From Isurus oxyrinchus (taxonomy: Eukaryota), in assembly GCA_026770705.1 (NCBI GenBank), contig JANJGN010000017.1, positions 96,100,001 through 96,164,000 of the forward strand: a stretch of DNA of 64,000 nt, read 5' to 3'. The notes below the pieces were generated by a model. It ran no database searches. It saw only the letters and a program-made list of their open reading frames with translations, and was not told the DNA's origin. Every line of letters starts with the position of its first letter. Position 1 is the stretch's first letter. Positions 25,828 to 39,420 of the stretch are shown here, piece by piece. The translations under genes were made by a program, and so were the position numbers.

Positions 25828-28800
25828 TGCAGTAACTGAAGGTATAGCCTTTCCTGCTGTATAACGGGGTCACATGTTTGTTCTTGGCGACTCCGACCAA
25901 TGAGCCCTAAGTGTGGGTAATCCAGGGGGTGTGGTTTTCTAGTTGAGGATCTGGTTCAAGCATGTAGCTTCTGAAAAGCTCTCTGTAATAAAGTCACAAA
26001 AACAGAAAATGCTGGAAAAACTCTGGAGGTCTGACAGCACCTCTGGTGAGAAAAATAAAGTTAACCTTTCGCGTTCTTATGACTCAGTAAGAAGGGTCAT
26101 ATGGACTCGAAACGTTAAATCTGTTTCTCTCTCCACAGATCCTGTTAGACCTGCTGAGTTTCTTCAGCATTTGCTGTATTTGTTTCAGATTTCCAGCATC
26201 CACAGTATTTTCCTTTTATCTGTAATAAAGTTATCTGTTTGAAGTAGAAACCTGTCCAGTACGTCAAGTCATTACGTTTGATGATGAGGGTGAGATAGCT
26301 CCGACGCTGCACCTCGCCTTGTGAGTACATCAGATCTTAAGAAAAAAAGAAAAGTATACTCACCATCCATGCCGCTCTTCAGCAGAATCGATCCTTATGA
26401 CGGTAGACTGGAGCCAGTATGTAGAGCATCTTGGCTTTTATATCACGGCGAACAAAATTACCACAGAGGAGAAGGAGAAAGCAACCCTTCTGAGTGTATG
26501 TGGTACCAAGACACACAATCTCATGGTCTGATGGTCCTGAATGTGCCCAATTCTAAGCCCTCTAACATGTTTGTGGACCTTGTGGAAACACACTCTCAGC
26601 TGAAGCCATCGGTAATAATGCAGAGATTTAACTCCAGAGTAAGGGCCCAGAGAGAGTCAATCACAACCTACATAGCGAAGATGAAGCAGTTGACTGAGCA
26701 CTGTGACTACGGAGACAAACTCAATGATATGTTGCAGGACCGATTAATTGGTGACTTTCCCAACAACTCCGTTCAGTGCAGTTTAATCGCAGAGGTCAAC
26801 ATCGATATAAAGAGCGCCATGGAAATAGCACTAGCTGTGGAAAGTGCTGCGAGAGACTCACAGGCTTTACAGCACATACAACATGGCGCTGTTCTTCATG
26901 TGGGGCAGGAAACTCCGAAAACCAGAGACACAGCAGCAAAGCGAGAGGCAATCTTTGCTGCTAGAAAAACGAAAAGACCTAGTGGAAGCATTTCAGCAGC
27001 GGCTCCAAGGTTAATCTGTTAAACATGTGGGGGTAACCACATACCGGACACCTGCAGATTCAAGGAGGCAGAGTGCTGTTACTGTCATAAGAAAGGACGC
27101 ATAATAAAGAAATGCAGTGTGAAATCGAGACAGCCCATAAGGCCGCAAACCAAAATGATTGAAGTGAATAATAGAACTGAACTTGAAGCTGCCAATCCCG
27201 ACATCACAGCAGTAAAAACTGAATGTATTACCATCACAATCTGAATGGGAAGCAATGAATAATGGAGGGAGATACAGGAGTCTCACCACAGTGGTGGGAC
27301 AGTACACATTTAAATACCTAAAAGAAGTGCCTGGCCACTGAATTTAGAGAGAACCACAGCTCAATTGAAGACATACAGTGGAGAATCCATACAGGTAAAG
27401 GGCATCACCACAGTACCTGTGTCCTATTCAGCAAACAGACAGACCAGCTTCCAGTGATCGTCATGAGAGGTGAAGGACCTAGTCTTCTGGGCCGTGACTG
27501 GTTGCAAAAAATTAAGTTCAACTACACTGAAATATTTCACATGAGAACAGGAGGAGTTCCTCAACTGTTAAAGAAACACGGCAGTATATTGCATGATAAA
27601 TTAGGAAATTTAAAATCTTGTAAGCAAAAGTGTATGTTGATTCTCAGGCAACACCCCATTTCTTTAAGGTCAGAACTGTGCCTTATTCCCTAAAGGAGAA
27701 GGTGGATGCAGAACTGTGCTGGTTAGAAAAGCTACGCATTACCCAATCAGTCCAATTTTCAGAATGGGCAGCACCCATAATCCCAGTGGCGAAATCTGAC
27801 CAAACTATACACATTGGCGGGGACTATAAATTGACCGTGAACAAAGCAGCCAAACTAGATAAATATGCTATCTCGAGGATAGAGGACATTTACGCACAGC
27901 TAGTTGGAGGAAAATTCTACACCAAACTGGACATAAGCCATGCATCCTAACAGCTAGAGCTGGATAGCACATCTAGAGGGTATGTAATCATCAACACGCA
28001 CAAGGGCTTATACCAATATACGCACCTACACGTTGGAGTATCCTCTACATGTTCAATATTCCAATGGACAATAGAGAGTCTTTTGCAAGGACTTCCCCAA
28101 GTAATAGTAAACCTAGGTGATGTTCTGATCACACGGTCAACTGAACTGAATATTTGGCCAACCTTGAAGAGATGTTAGGAATATATTTGGAAGCTGGTGT
28201 ACGATTAAAGAGGGAGAAATGTACATTCCAAGCATCAGGAGTTACTTACCTGGGTCACTGGGTGGATGCCATGGGGTTGTATCCAGAAGAAGAGGAAGTT
28301 GGAGCAATCAAATAGGCATCCTCTCCACCCAGTGTAACTGAACTCAAGTCTTTTCTGGGCAGGATCAATTATTACAGCCGTTTCTTATCAAACTTGTCAA
28401 CAGTGTTAGCACCAATACACTTGTTGTTTAAAAAGAACCATCGTTGGTCATGGAATATGCAACAAGAAGAAGCTTTTGTGAAAGTTAAGATGCTATTACA
28501 GTCATCATGTTTATTGGTACATTCTGACCCATCAAAAGAATTAATAGTGAACTGTGATGTGTCTCCGTACGGTGTGGGAGCTGTGTTATCTCACAGGATG
28601 GAAGATGGATCAGAAAGGACAAGTGGCTACATCTCCAGAACCCTCGCTGCAGCCGAGAAGTAATGTTCCAAATGAGAAAAGGAAGGTTTATTGGTGGTAT
28701 TCGGAGTGAAGAGATTTCACCAGTACCTGAATAGACAACATTTCACCATTGTGTTGGACCGTAAACCATTAATGGGTTTATTCGGTAAGGATAAAGCCAT

Positions 28801-30605
28801 TCTGCCAATAGCCTCAGCAAGAATTCAACATTGGGCTTTGATATTATCTGTATATGATTATATCTTTATGCACCATTCTGGCTTTCACATTACAAATGCG
28901 GACACACTGAGTCATCTCCGTTACCAGATAGCATTTTACATACTCCTGTGCCACAAGAAGTTGTGCTTGTACTGAATTTCTTGGATTCTTTGCCTGTGTG
29001 AAAAGCGAATTAGGAATCTGGATAAACAGACATCCAATTTTGTCAAAGGTCTGAGACCAGTTTTTCAAGGGTGTCGAATTCACCAGTGTCTTAAGAGATG
29101 AGACCAGTACATGCCTGAAAAAAAGAGTTAAGTTGTTAAGATGGAATCTTGCTGAGGGGATCAAGAGTCCCTTTGCGAGGAGGAGAACCACTCTTGACAG
29201 AGCTTCTCAATGCACATCCAGGTGTATCGAAGATGAAAATACTGCGTGAAGCTGTGTCTGGTGGCTAGGCATAGACAGTGACATTGAAAGCATGGTCAAG
29301 CACTGGCTCCAGTTTCAGCAACAGAAATTGTCTGTTTTAGCTCCACTGCATTCTTGGGAGTCGGCTGGTCAAGCTTGGATTCGGCTACATATTGATTATT
29401 GGGTACCAAGTTTTATTGATCATACATGCACATTCTAAATGGAAGGATGTGTATGAAGTCAGATCACCAGCATTGAGTACAACTATTGAAAGGCTGCGTT
29501 AATGTTTTAGTATACATGGTACTCCTGCAAGTCATTGTTTCAGATAATGGTACACTCTTTACCAACACAGAGTTTCTGAGATTCATATGTATAACTGGAA
29601 TCAGACATATTAAACAGCACCATATCATCCCTCATTGGATGAGTTCGCGGAAAGAGCTGTGAAAATGTTCAAATCAGAAATAAAGAGGTTACCTGAAGTT
29701 ATGCTAGCAAGCCGACTTTCCTGTTTTCTTCTCAATTTTTGTACAACGCCTCATTCCACTCCAGGTTCAACACTGTCTGAATTATTGATGAAACCCCGCC
29801 TAAGTACAAGGTTAAGTCTGGTGTTTCCAAACTTAGATGGGAAGGTAGAGAAGAATCAGAGTAATCAAAAACTGAATCACGATATTCATAGCAAAGCTCA
29901 AAGATTTACTGTAGGTGATACAGTTTTTGTGCAGGATTTTGGAAATGGACTTTGACTGATTCCTGGTACAATTGTCTCAGAAACTGGTCCCTTGTCCTTG
30001 CAGGTGCAAGTGAAACATCGAGTTGTTCAAAAACATGTGGATCATCATGGAAGGAGAGAGGCACTCCAACAAACAGCTATTCCACCTGTGACTAACATCG
30101 AACCATTAATCTCTGCAGTGACATGACTGGCCGCAACAGACATAGCCAATGTCTCTGTAGAGTTGCCAAACCCTCAAGTGCCACTATCTAATAGTGGACC
30201 TGATGCTGCAAATCCTGATCATGTCGATCCAGTGAAATAACCTCAAGTGCTAGGTTTACAGCGCTCTAATCGAATAAGGAAACCAGTTGAGAGACGTAGT
30301 CTTTAGTCACTGGACTTATATGAATGTTTATGTTGTGGGATATTCAAACGTTCTTTGTAAATAGGAAGTGTAAAATACTAAAAGGCGGAATAATATCGTA
30401 ACTGAAGGTATCATCTTTCCTACTGCCTGTCAGGGGTTACGTGATTGCTCTTGGAGATTCTAAACAATGAGCCCTACGCGCGTCTTCTCTGGGGCAGGCG
30501 TTTTCCAGTTGAGGATCTGGTTCAAGCACGTAGCTTCTGAAAAGCTCTCTGTGATAAAGTTATCTGTTTCAAATGAAAACCTGTCCCGTACGTCAAGTCA
30601 TTACA
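25828..30605 (+). mobile_element. Ty3/Gypsy LTR retrotransposon, degenerate, full length
   Basis: 5' LTR 25828-26276 (212 bp plus insert) and 3' LTR 30394-30605. Gag-PR-RT-RH-IN fragments occur in Gypsy order. TSD is ATGGC/CTGGC. Confidence 0.93.
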
Positions 30606-30982
30606 CTGGCACAGCCAGTGATGCCCATGTCCCATGGAAGAATAAAAAAAACTATTTTGAAGAAGAGAGGAGGTGTCCTTTGTATTGTGGTCTTTACTCA
30701 CTGGCTGATATTTCCACAGTCATTGCCCTCAGTATCAGGGTGAACATCCTCGCCGGTGAGTGGACTTGAGTTCCAGCCAATGGTTGCTGCTGACGTGGCC
30801 ATCGCTGGGCACCATGAGGATTTGAACTTTGTAACCTTGAAGCTGAAGAATAAAAATCTACACCAGCCAAACAGGACAGAAATTCCTCTCTTGGTGACTG
30901 TAAAAGTGTTTCGTTGGGCTGAGTATGATCTCCTGCATTGATAAGAATGTATATTTTTTGGGACTAAGCAGTCACTTTACAG

Positions 30983-31997
30983 CAGGGGTGAGGAACCCTC
31001 GACCCGGAGGCTGGATTCAGCCCCTTGTACTTTTTCATCCGGCCCGCTGAATTATTTCAAAGCGCGGCCTCACCAACCTACCCGCTACCCCCTCGAGTAC
31101 CTGATGCGCTCTGAGCCAGGCACCGCCATCTCCTGCTGCCTCAGCCTCGGCCACAGTCTGCAGAAGCCCAGGCTGTGTGGACAGAGTCAGGGCCAAGATC
31201 CAGGAGCAGGAGGGCAGGGACAGGAAGCTGACGGCTGCTGATGGGGTGGTGAAGTGTGAGTTAGCCGTGACAGGGGAGAAAGGGAGCAGCTCACCCAGCA
31301 CCATCGGCGGCTCACCCCCTTATCCTCCTAAATCCATTGGTGTCGCAGGACAGGGGCTCAGCACCTGCAGAGTGAGGGAGAGGCCCAGGCTCCTGGCCCA
31401 GGTGTAGCCTCTGACTGGGAGTTGGCTAGAGGGTTGGACTGTTGAGTCACTGCCCTGGTTTGGGTGTGAGTCAGAGTGGGATAGAGAAGGAGAGAGAGAG
31501 ATAGAGAGGCAGAGTGGGAAAGGAGACGGAGAGAGAGAGAGGGANNNNNNNNNNNNNNNNNNNNNNNNNNNNNNNNNNNNNNNNNNNNNNNNNNNNNNNN
31601 NNNNNNNNNNNNNNNNNNNNNNNNNNNNNNNNNNNNNNNNNNNNNNNNNNNNNNNNNNNNNNNNNNNNNNNNNNGAGAGAGTGAAAGAGAGAATGGGGAA
31701 GGAAAAGGTGAGAGAGAGAGAGAGAGTGGGAAAGGAGAGAGAGAGAGATAGAGATTGGGAAAGGAAAGCAAGCAAAACGTTGAGCTGAATCTCAGCAGTA
31801 CTGTGATTTAGACAGAGAAACTGTGCTACTAATGAAGGAAAAGCAAACACAGGCATCGTATTAAAGCAGATGGGTTGAACGTTTCTGTATTCTCTCTTAA
31901 AATGATAAATGAAGTTGCTTATTATGTGTGTGTGGCCCATGGCTGATTTGGTCTATGTGTGAATAGCCCTGGATAAGAAAGGATTTTTCCATCCCTG
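30983..31997. mobile_element. hAT-like non-autonomous element (co-duplicated copy, spans an N gap)
   Basis: Same termini and TSD as the other copies. Confidence 0.65.
31545..31674. other. Assembly gap (130 N)
   Basis: N run within a GA-rich tract. Confidence 0.99.
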
Positions 31998-34894
31998 CTT
32001 TGGAGGTTGGTCATTAGACACTTTCAGCAGCAAGAGCAGGGAGGTGTGAGGCATCGCTGGAAGACACAATATTTGAATTTGTGTCTCCGAGGTGCCCACA
32101 GGCCTGTTCTGGAGTAAAGAATCTGTAAAGGAAGCAGTCTGGAGTGGGAAGCACATTCCACTGCCTAGCAGAAATGGGAGAACAGGATACAGAAATGGCT
32201 CATGAGCTGAACCAGCTAACAGTGACCTCACAACACACATTGGATTACCTACCAAGGAATGGGCAATAAATGCTGGCCCAGCCAGCGATGCACACACCAC
32301 GATGATGATTTTTTCAAACAGAAATGTCAGACTGGCACAGGAGGGCTTCTGGTTCTGGACTCATGAATTGAGACAAACAGGTTAGGTAGAACAAAGGGAG
32401 TTTTGTTCTGTACTGGACCACACTGTCACTGAAATAGCAGCACTGGGTGCAGACAGCGGTTGTCGCTGTACAAGGTAACGACCCTTCTCCAGAATTGACA
32501 TTCATCAGCTTGTACAGTAAGCTCCAAATCTTTCAGAAAATGGGAATGAGAAACTTGATTGTGAACTCAATTTCACATCCTATGAAAAGTGTGTGAGGAG
32601 GAAATGTGCATCTGAGATGTCCTGAATGTGGATCATGTTTCCCAAGGATTCCAGCTCCTAATTTGGTTGGACACATTTCTGGGTGTTGAATCATGTCTTT
32701 CAGTCTCCACACCCCACTCTTGGTGTGAGTTATGTTTATCTCTCAGCCACATCCACTTGAAAAAGCAATAGACCTCGGTTGTACTATTTGTGGACAGCCT
32801 TTGTTATCGAGTTTTCAGCAGGAACACATTAGATATTCACGAATAAGGATTGAAAATCCCGTTATTTCCTGGATTATCTTCTGGGTTCCATAAATCCATT
32901 CCTGGAGTCTCCATCGCAACACTGAAGGATTGGGAATCCTTCTCATTAATGCTTAAGTCCCATACAAATGCCAAGTCCCACATACAATTCTGTAAATGTT
33001 TTGAGCTGAGGTATCACCTTGTGCATCCCCAAGGTGAACAAGTGAATGGATATGAGTTTGTAGCTTCAGGGTCAATAAATCGAGCCCCCTGTTCAGCTCA
33101 CTTTATAACAGACCATCTGAATTCACCTGTTTGTCAGCTTATCCCTCAATCCACTCCACAAAACAATCCCAGTTGTCTTTGGATGTCTTCCAGTGCTTTA
33201 TTGACCATCACTCTGAGTGAAAACTTCTATCTGATTGGGAATTAGTCTAATCTAAGTGACATGACAAAGTTCCTCAACATGTTCCCTCTTTATTCCCTCC
33301 CCCACCCGCACTCCACACCAACCCAACAGAAACTCATCTTGTGCCTTACTCTGCTGCTCCTGGCTGTTGAACATGGAGAATCTTACTGCCACAGCAAATT
33401 TCACCCAAGTAAGTACCAAACCTTTGCCAACTTTCCATTTAGATCTGGGGTGAAAATGAGCTAAACATAAGAACTGAGGCTGAATGTAACCTCCACCCAA
33501 TTGATGAATGTTGTCAATGGCTATGGAACCCAACTCCTGCATGATAAAGTGATAGTCCCAGCCTCACATAACTGCTCCAGGCCACATGAAACCTTCCCTC
33601 AGGGATTCCCTTACACAGTCCCCCTCCGCTAAGGGTCCATGAAGGAATAGGCCTTGTCAAATTAGCCAGCTCCTGCTCCATGGGTCAAAGCTTGGCTGTT
33701 GTGTGCAAATGAAGTCCCGGACAACAAACTGGCTGAGGCCTCATTGTGGTAAGCACGGAAACAATCCTCCAGCACACTGCCTAAATTCAGACCCCAGCAA
33801 GTATCCAGCCCATTCCAGACCACCAACCCACCCCCATCCAGAAGGAGTTGGGCAGGGGTCACTGGATGGAGACAACCCCCTTTCTCAATGGCAGTCAATG
33901 TGTTCCGAGGTTCATGGCTGTGAAACTCTCAGGCCCAGGTCCTCTTGGATATGGAACTTGGCTCTTCCCAGGTCCAAAGATCTCAGTGATGATGCAGCTG
34001 ACCAGGCAATTCTTCAAACTTCCAAATATAATTGCAGCCCATGGTACCTCTTCAGTCTTTGATGAGACATTGACAGACCAATCTCAGTCTCTTTCTCTTT
34101 CTCTCACTCTCTCTTTGATTCCCACCTGGAATTCCAGACTCACCGAACTGCAGGGATGAAGTTGATGGCACCTGGCATGAACCTGGCAAAAGCTGGATAA
34201 ACTCTGACTGCCTGGCAAAAGCTGGATAAACTCTGACTGCATGAGATGTTCGTGCTCGGTTGAATTGATGAGCTGCTGTACAACGTAAGTGATTCTCTGA
34301 CGTTGCAGCTCAAATAGCCCTTTTGTGTCATTCTGCACTGATCTTTCTTATTGAAGCACAAAGTGGATTTGGGATGAGCAGCCAGACAAGGAGTCGTTTC
34401 CGTCATCTTGTTATAATGATAAAAAGAAGCAATCACTCAAAACATTGGATAACCACATTGTGGCTTTATTTCGTGAGGCTAGACACCTGGGTACGTTTGT
34501 ACTAAGGTAAAAATCTTGAAGATATCAGAGCTGTGCTCTTCTCTAATCACAGGCAAAAGTGAAACTAAGACCGGATCATATGACACACGTCCCTTCCAGT
34601 GATGTCATGTTGCTACATCTTAAAGAGATATTACAACAAATTCAAAGGTGTTTACAGATTGGGAAACATTGCAGGATTGGTGGTCTCAGGTCAGCGGAAT
34701 GAACGGAACACATGACTTCCTTCCTCTCTTTTCCAGACTTGTTACCACCTGAAGTATCTCCCAAGCCCTGTGCATAGTACCAAATTTTGGGATACAGGCA
34801 TCGATAAAATGGTGGCACGGCTCAGAGGGTGATGGGAAGGGAGAGTGAGAAGTGGGAGAACATTCCAATGTGGAGATGCCCCACTGTAAAAGAG

Positions 34895-35930
34895 CATGTA
34901 GATGAGGAGAGAGTAGAAAAAAGGAGAGGGCCGAAATGAGGAGAGAGCAGAGACAAAGAGAGAGCGGAGACTAAGAGAGAGCAGAGACTAAGACAGAGCA
35001 GCGATGAAGACAGACTGGAGACGGAGAGAGAGTGGAGATGGAGAGAGAGTGTGGACGAGACAGGGTGGGGAGGGAGAAAGTGGAGATGAAGAGTGAGTGC
35101 AGTTGAAGAGAGGAGATAGAGTGCTGTAGAGAGGGTGAAGCTGCAAAGAGGATAGAGATGAAGAGAGTGGGGATGAGGAGCTAATTTAGATGAGAGAATG
35201 TTTAAATGAAGAGAGAGATATCTTGAATAGAGGGTGTAGATGAAGACAGGTAGGAGATGAAGAGCGAATGGAGAGGAAGAGAGAATGGAGAAGAAGATAG
35301 AGTGGACATGAAGAGAGAGCGGAAATAAAGAGAGGGCGGAGATGAAGAGAGGTTGGAGATAAAGAGAAGGCAGAGATAAAGAGAGTGTGGCTAAGGTAAT
35401 AATGTAGATGAGAGAGTATGGAAATGAAGAGAGAAAGGAGATGAAGAGAGAATGCAATTTAAGTGAGTGCAGATAGAGAGCTTTAGGGAGGGTGGAGATG
35501 CAGAGAGGGTGGAGATGAAGAGGTGAGGAAAGAGTAGAGATGAAGAGAGAGTGGAAATGAAGAGAGGGTGGAGATAAAGAGAGGGTGGAGATGAAGAGAG
35601 ATTGGAGATAAAGAGAGGTTGGAGATGAGGAGAGATTGGATATGAAGAGAAGGTATAAATGAAGAGATTGGGGATGAGGTAATAATGTCGATGAGAGAGC
35701 ATGGAAATGAAGGGAGAAAGGAGGTGAAGTGAGAATGCAGTTGAAGAGAAGGTGGAGATGAAGAGAGGGTGGAGATGAAGAGAGGGTGGAGTTGAAGAGA
35801 GAGTGGAGTTGAAGAGAGAGTGGAGATGAAGCGAGGGTGGAGATAAAGGGAGGGTAGAAATGAAGAGAGAGTGAAGATGAAGAGAAGGTGGAGATGAAGA
35901 GAGAATGGAGATGAAGAGAGGGTGGAGTTG
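34895..35930 (+). repeat. 17-bp purine-rich minisatellite, copy C (also near 48490-49523 and 62080-63112)
   Basis: Same unit as the other intron 3 tracts. Confidence 0.88.
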
Positions 35931-36882
35931 CAGAGATACTTCTTGATCTGTTTCTCTTGTCAGGCCACATGGGAGGTCAGTTTTCTGCTGCTGCCTCTCT
36001 CCAATTGGATACTCAGAATCTGCTGGCGACATTGGGGGAAACAAAAAATTTATCCAAAGGCTGTCCATCACCCTTTGGGAGAAACTGGTGAAATTGTTCA
36101 GTGAAAGCACTACAGTACAAATTTAACCCTTACCCTTGGGATCATTCTAATGCTTTATTCATCTGTGATTTGCAGGTATGGCAGACCAACTGCTACCCAG
36201 ATGATTGTATCGCAGTTTTTGACCGTGAGAATTGTCAATATTGGATCCAAAAGAAGAACGATGCTTCTGTTGAATATCAATTTACTGGCAGAGTTGGGTA
36301 ATCAGAATAAAAGCATTTAATTTCCAATATAAAACCATCAGCTTCATTCTCGATGCAAGTACCATGGGAGAATGGGAGCCTTGCTTCCTACATGAAACAT
36401 CAATATTACAATAAAGATATTTCACAGTGGTTTCATTCTCAAACCTTATCTATTATTTCAACAAGTCATAAGTGTGTGTGCATGTGTGTGTGTGTGTGTG
36501 ATGGTGGGGAGGGAGAAAGTGTCCAGAGTAGGCAGTGTGAGTGTAAAGAGAACATACAAGAGTGTGCAAGAGAGAGAGTGTGCAAGAGAGAGAGTGTGAG
36601 AGAGAGTATGCCAGCGAGAGTGCGCCCACAGGAGTATGTGTGGGAGAGCGTGTGTATACGAGGAAGTACATGTGGATATGAAACACCATGGCTGTTGAAA
36701 GCTACAATGCTCAATGGGTTACATATAACGAATAATTAGTCAGATTAAGAGGGGCTTTCCTGAACCAATCACAAAGGACGTGAAGAGGGAAAGAAATCCA
36801 AGCCAGAAAGGTCTTTAAAGAAGTTGCTGACACCCATTCACATTGTATCTGGGCACATTGTCTCTTCATGTTCCTTTCTTCA

Positions 36883-37198
36883 GGAGGTCTTGTGGCTCAG
36901 TGGGTAGTGACCCTGCCTCTGAGCCCTAAGCTCCCAGGTCAATTCTTAGCCAGGACTTGACGGCCAAGGAAGGTGTGGTGATAAAGGAGCCAAACAGGTT
37001 GAGTGACGACCGGTAAATTGTTCTAACCAGTATATGGCAGCTGGCAAGAGTGCAGCCATATTGGATGTAGAATGATGCCCCTCGAGCTCTAACCTCTGGA
37101 TTCAGGGTGGTGACCTGTTCCAGGAATAATGAGCACCGGGAACAAACGTAAGCATGTGCTTTGTCTCCTGTGTCTCCAGGTGCAGGGAGAGAGTATGA
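36883..37198 (+). mobile_element. tRNA-derived SINE (co-duplicated copy)
   Basis: Homologous to 1521-1856 with the same TSD. Confidence 0.7.
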
Positions 37199-38305
37199 GT
37201 TCCTTTCTTCACAAAACGAACCCATCAACATTGACTGGCGGGTGAGAGACAAGTGTAGAAACGTTGCAGATTTCTCATTGTTTACACTGAGTAGATTAGT
37301 TACCTGCAGTAATCAATAACCAAAAGTATATTAACCTAAAATAATATTATGCTGAATTGTCCCTGTTGTCTCAGTAGAAAGACATAAATCTAAACAAAAT
37401 GACAAGAAAAGCTCTAATGAGGGGGACGGACCATCCAGGAATTAACATCTTAGAGGGCCAGTCAGGAGACAACAGGAAATGATATCAATAGATGTCCAGT
37501 GCCATAAAGAAACCTGTCAGGAACTGATCATGCACTTCTCAACTAATCAGGTCCTGGTCACGCTCCACAGCAACCAAACGGGGATCAGTGACATGATTGA
37601 CCATGCACATGCTTCGTGGTTGAACTGCTTTGACCTCCCCAGTGACCTCCTCCCAAACTGGCGTTGTGAGGTTGGTGGACCTGTTGCTACCATCTCTGGG
37701 ATAGAGGAACTCCCTCTGCTCCTTGGCTGCCTGGAGGAGTGTCTGAAGGGAGCTGTCGCTGAACTTTGCAGCAAATGGTCTGGATCTCCTCAGGGTCCTC
37801 TCTCACTACAGCAGGTCCTGGGCCGCACACAGTGACGGCGTGTATGGGTCTCATTTCAAAATGACGCAGGACATTCAACCCCATGAGGTAAAAGGTAACC
37901 CCAGCCCGCCCAGACAACACATTCAATGAGCTGATGGAAGAGCTGAAGAGGGGACAATCTGGTGTGAGAACCGACGTCTAGTGGGAATCACACCCACTAT
38001 CCAGCCACCACAGCACTTAGCCTCCAGAACAGAAAATTCCACCACAGACTTGAGCACACAGTGGAGGCCCATTGTTCCCAGTGCAGTTACACATGGCCAA
38101 TCCATGTTCCCCAATTTATACCAGTGATGCTGAGCTCAGTTAACTCCGACCCAACATCAGCCAGGCTCATATTTGCCCAGATTGGACATTATTGTCTGGG
38201 TGTGTTAGCCAGTGCTAAGGGTGTACTGCATTATCATGCAAAATGTTGAACTGAAGTTCTGCTGACATTCACTGCTTCATGTAAGAGATCCAATGGCTCA
38301 AGGGG

Positions 38306-39420
38306 TGGGGTGAGAGTGACTGCCCTTGACATCAAGGCTGCATTTGACCAAGTGTGGCATCAGGGAGCCCCAGCAAAACTGGACTCAATGGGAATCAGGG
38401 GGCAAACTCTCTGCTGGTTGGAGTCATACCTCGCACAAAGGAAAATGGTTGTGCTTGTTGGAGGTCAATCATCTCAGTCCCAGGACATCACTGCAGGAGT
38501 TGCTCAGGGTAGTGTCCTAGGCCCAACCATCTTCAGCTGCTTCATCAATCACCTTCCTTCCATCACAAGATCAGAAGTAGGGATGTTCGTTGATGATTGC
38601 ACAATGTTCAGCACCATTCGCAATTCCTCAGATAGTGAAGCAGTCCATGTCCAAATGCAAAAAGACCTGGACAATATCCAGGCTTGGACTGACAAGTGGC
38701 AGGGAACGTTCGCACCACACAAGTGTCAGGCAATGACTATCTCCAACAAGAGAGAATCCAACCATCACCACTTGACATTTAAGGCATTGCAATCACTGAA
38801 TCCCTTACTATCAACATCCTGAGGGTTACCATTTCCAGAAACGGAACTGGACTAGCCATATAAATACTGTGGCTACAAGAGCAGGTCAGAGGCTGAGAGT
38901 CCTGCGATGGGTAACTCACCTCCTGACTCCCCAAAGTCTGCCAACCATCTACAAGACACAAGTCAGGAGTGAGATGGAATACGCCCCACTTGCCTGGATG
39001 AGGGCAGCTCCCAAAACAGTCCAGAACCTCAATATCATCTGGGACAAAGCAGCCTGCTTGATTGGCACCACATCCACCAACGACGCACATTAGCAGCAGT
39101 GTGTACCATCTACAAGGTGCATTGCAGGAACTCACCAAGGTTCCTTAAACAGCATCTTCCAAACCCATGACCACGTCCATCTAGGAGGACAAGGGCAACA
39201 GATAGATGGGAACACCACCAACTGAAGGATCCCCTCCAATTCAATCACCATCCTGACTTCGAAAGATATCTCCGTTCCTTCACTGTCACTGGGTCAAAAA
39301 CCTGGAACTCCCTCCCTAACAGCACTGTGGGTGTCCCTACACCACATGGACTGCAGCGGTTCAAGAAGGCAGCTCCCCCTTCTCAAGGGGCAATTAGGGA
39401 TGGGCAATAACAATGCTGGC
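38306..39420 (+). mobile_element. 5'-truncated CR1-clade LINE
   Basis: ORF 38310..38822 has RT motifs and is followed by the 3' UTR. Confidence 0.9.

Larger units (their letters stand above)
30925..36301 (+). pseudogene. MSMB: MSMB-like pseudogene, copy C
   Basis: ATG at 30925 has lost its splice donor through a 111-bp deletion. Exon 2 (33330-33408) is intact. Exon 3 (34138-34284) has a 29-bp tandem duplication that gives TAA at 34227. Exon 4 (36176-36301) has a 1-bp deletion (actgctac versus actggctac), and its last Cys codon is TAT instead of TGT. Confidence 0.9.

Noticed and set aside
25828-30605. Active or domesticated Gypsy gag/pol gene
   Set aside because: There are numerous stops and frameshifts in all copies, and the RT catalytic motif is degenerate (NLGD/HLGD in place of YLDD).
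34822-35970. 382-aa and 239-aa minus-strand ORFs (also 9505-11098, 48415-49703 and 62004-63292)
   Set aside because: They are translations of the GA-rich minisatellite (S/L/H/P low complexity), lie antisense within intron 3, and are not conserved in frame between units.
34138-36301. Compensating frameshifts restoring the copy C reading frame
   Set aside because: The +29 and -1 changes give a net +28, which is not a multiple of 3, and a stop occurs at 34227 before the second indel.
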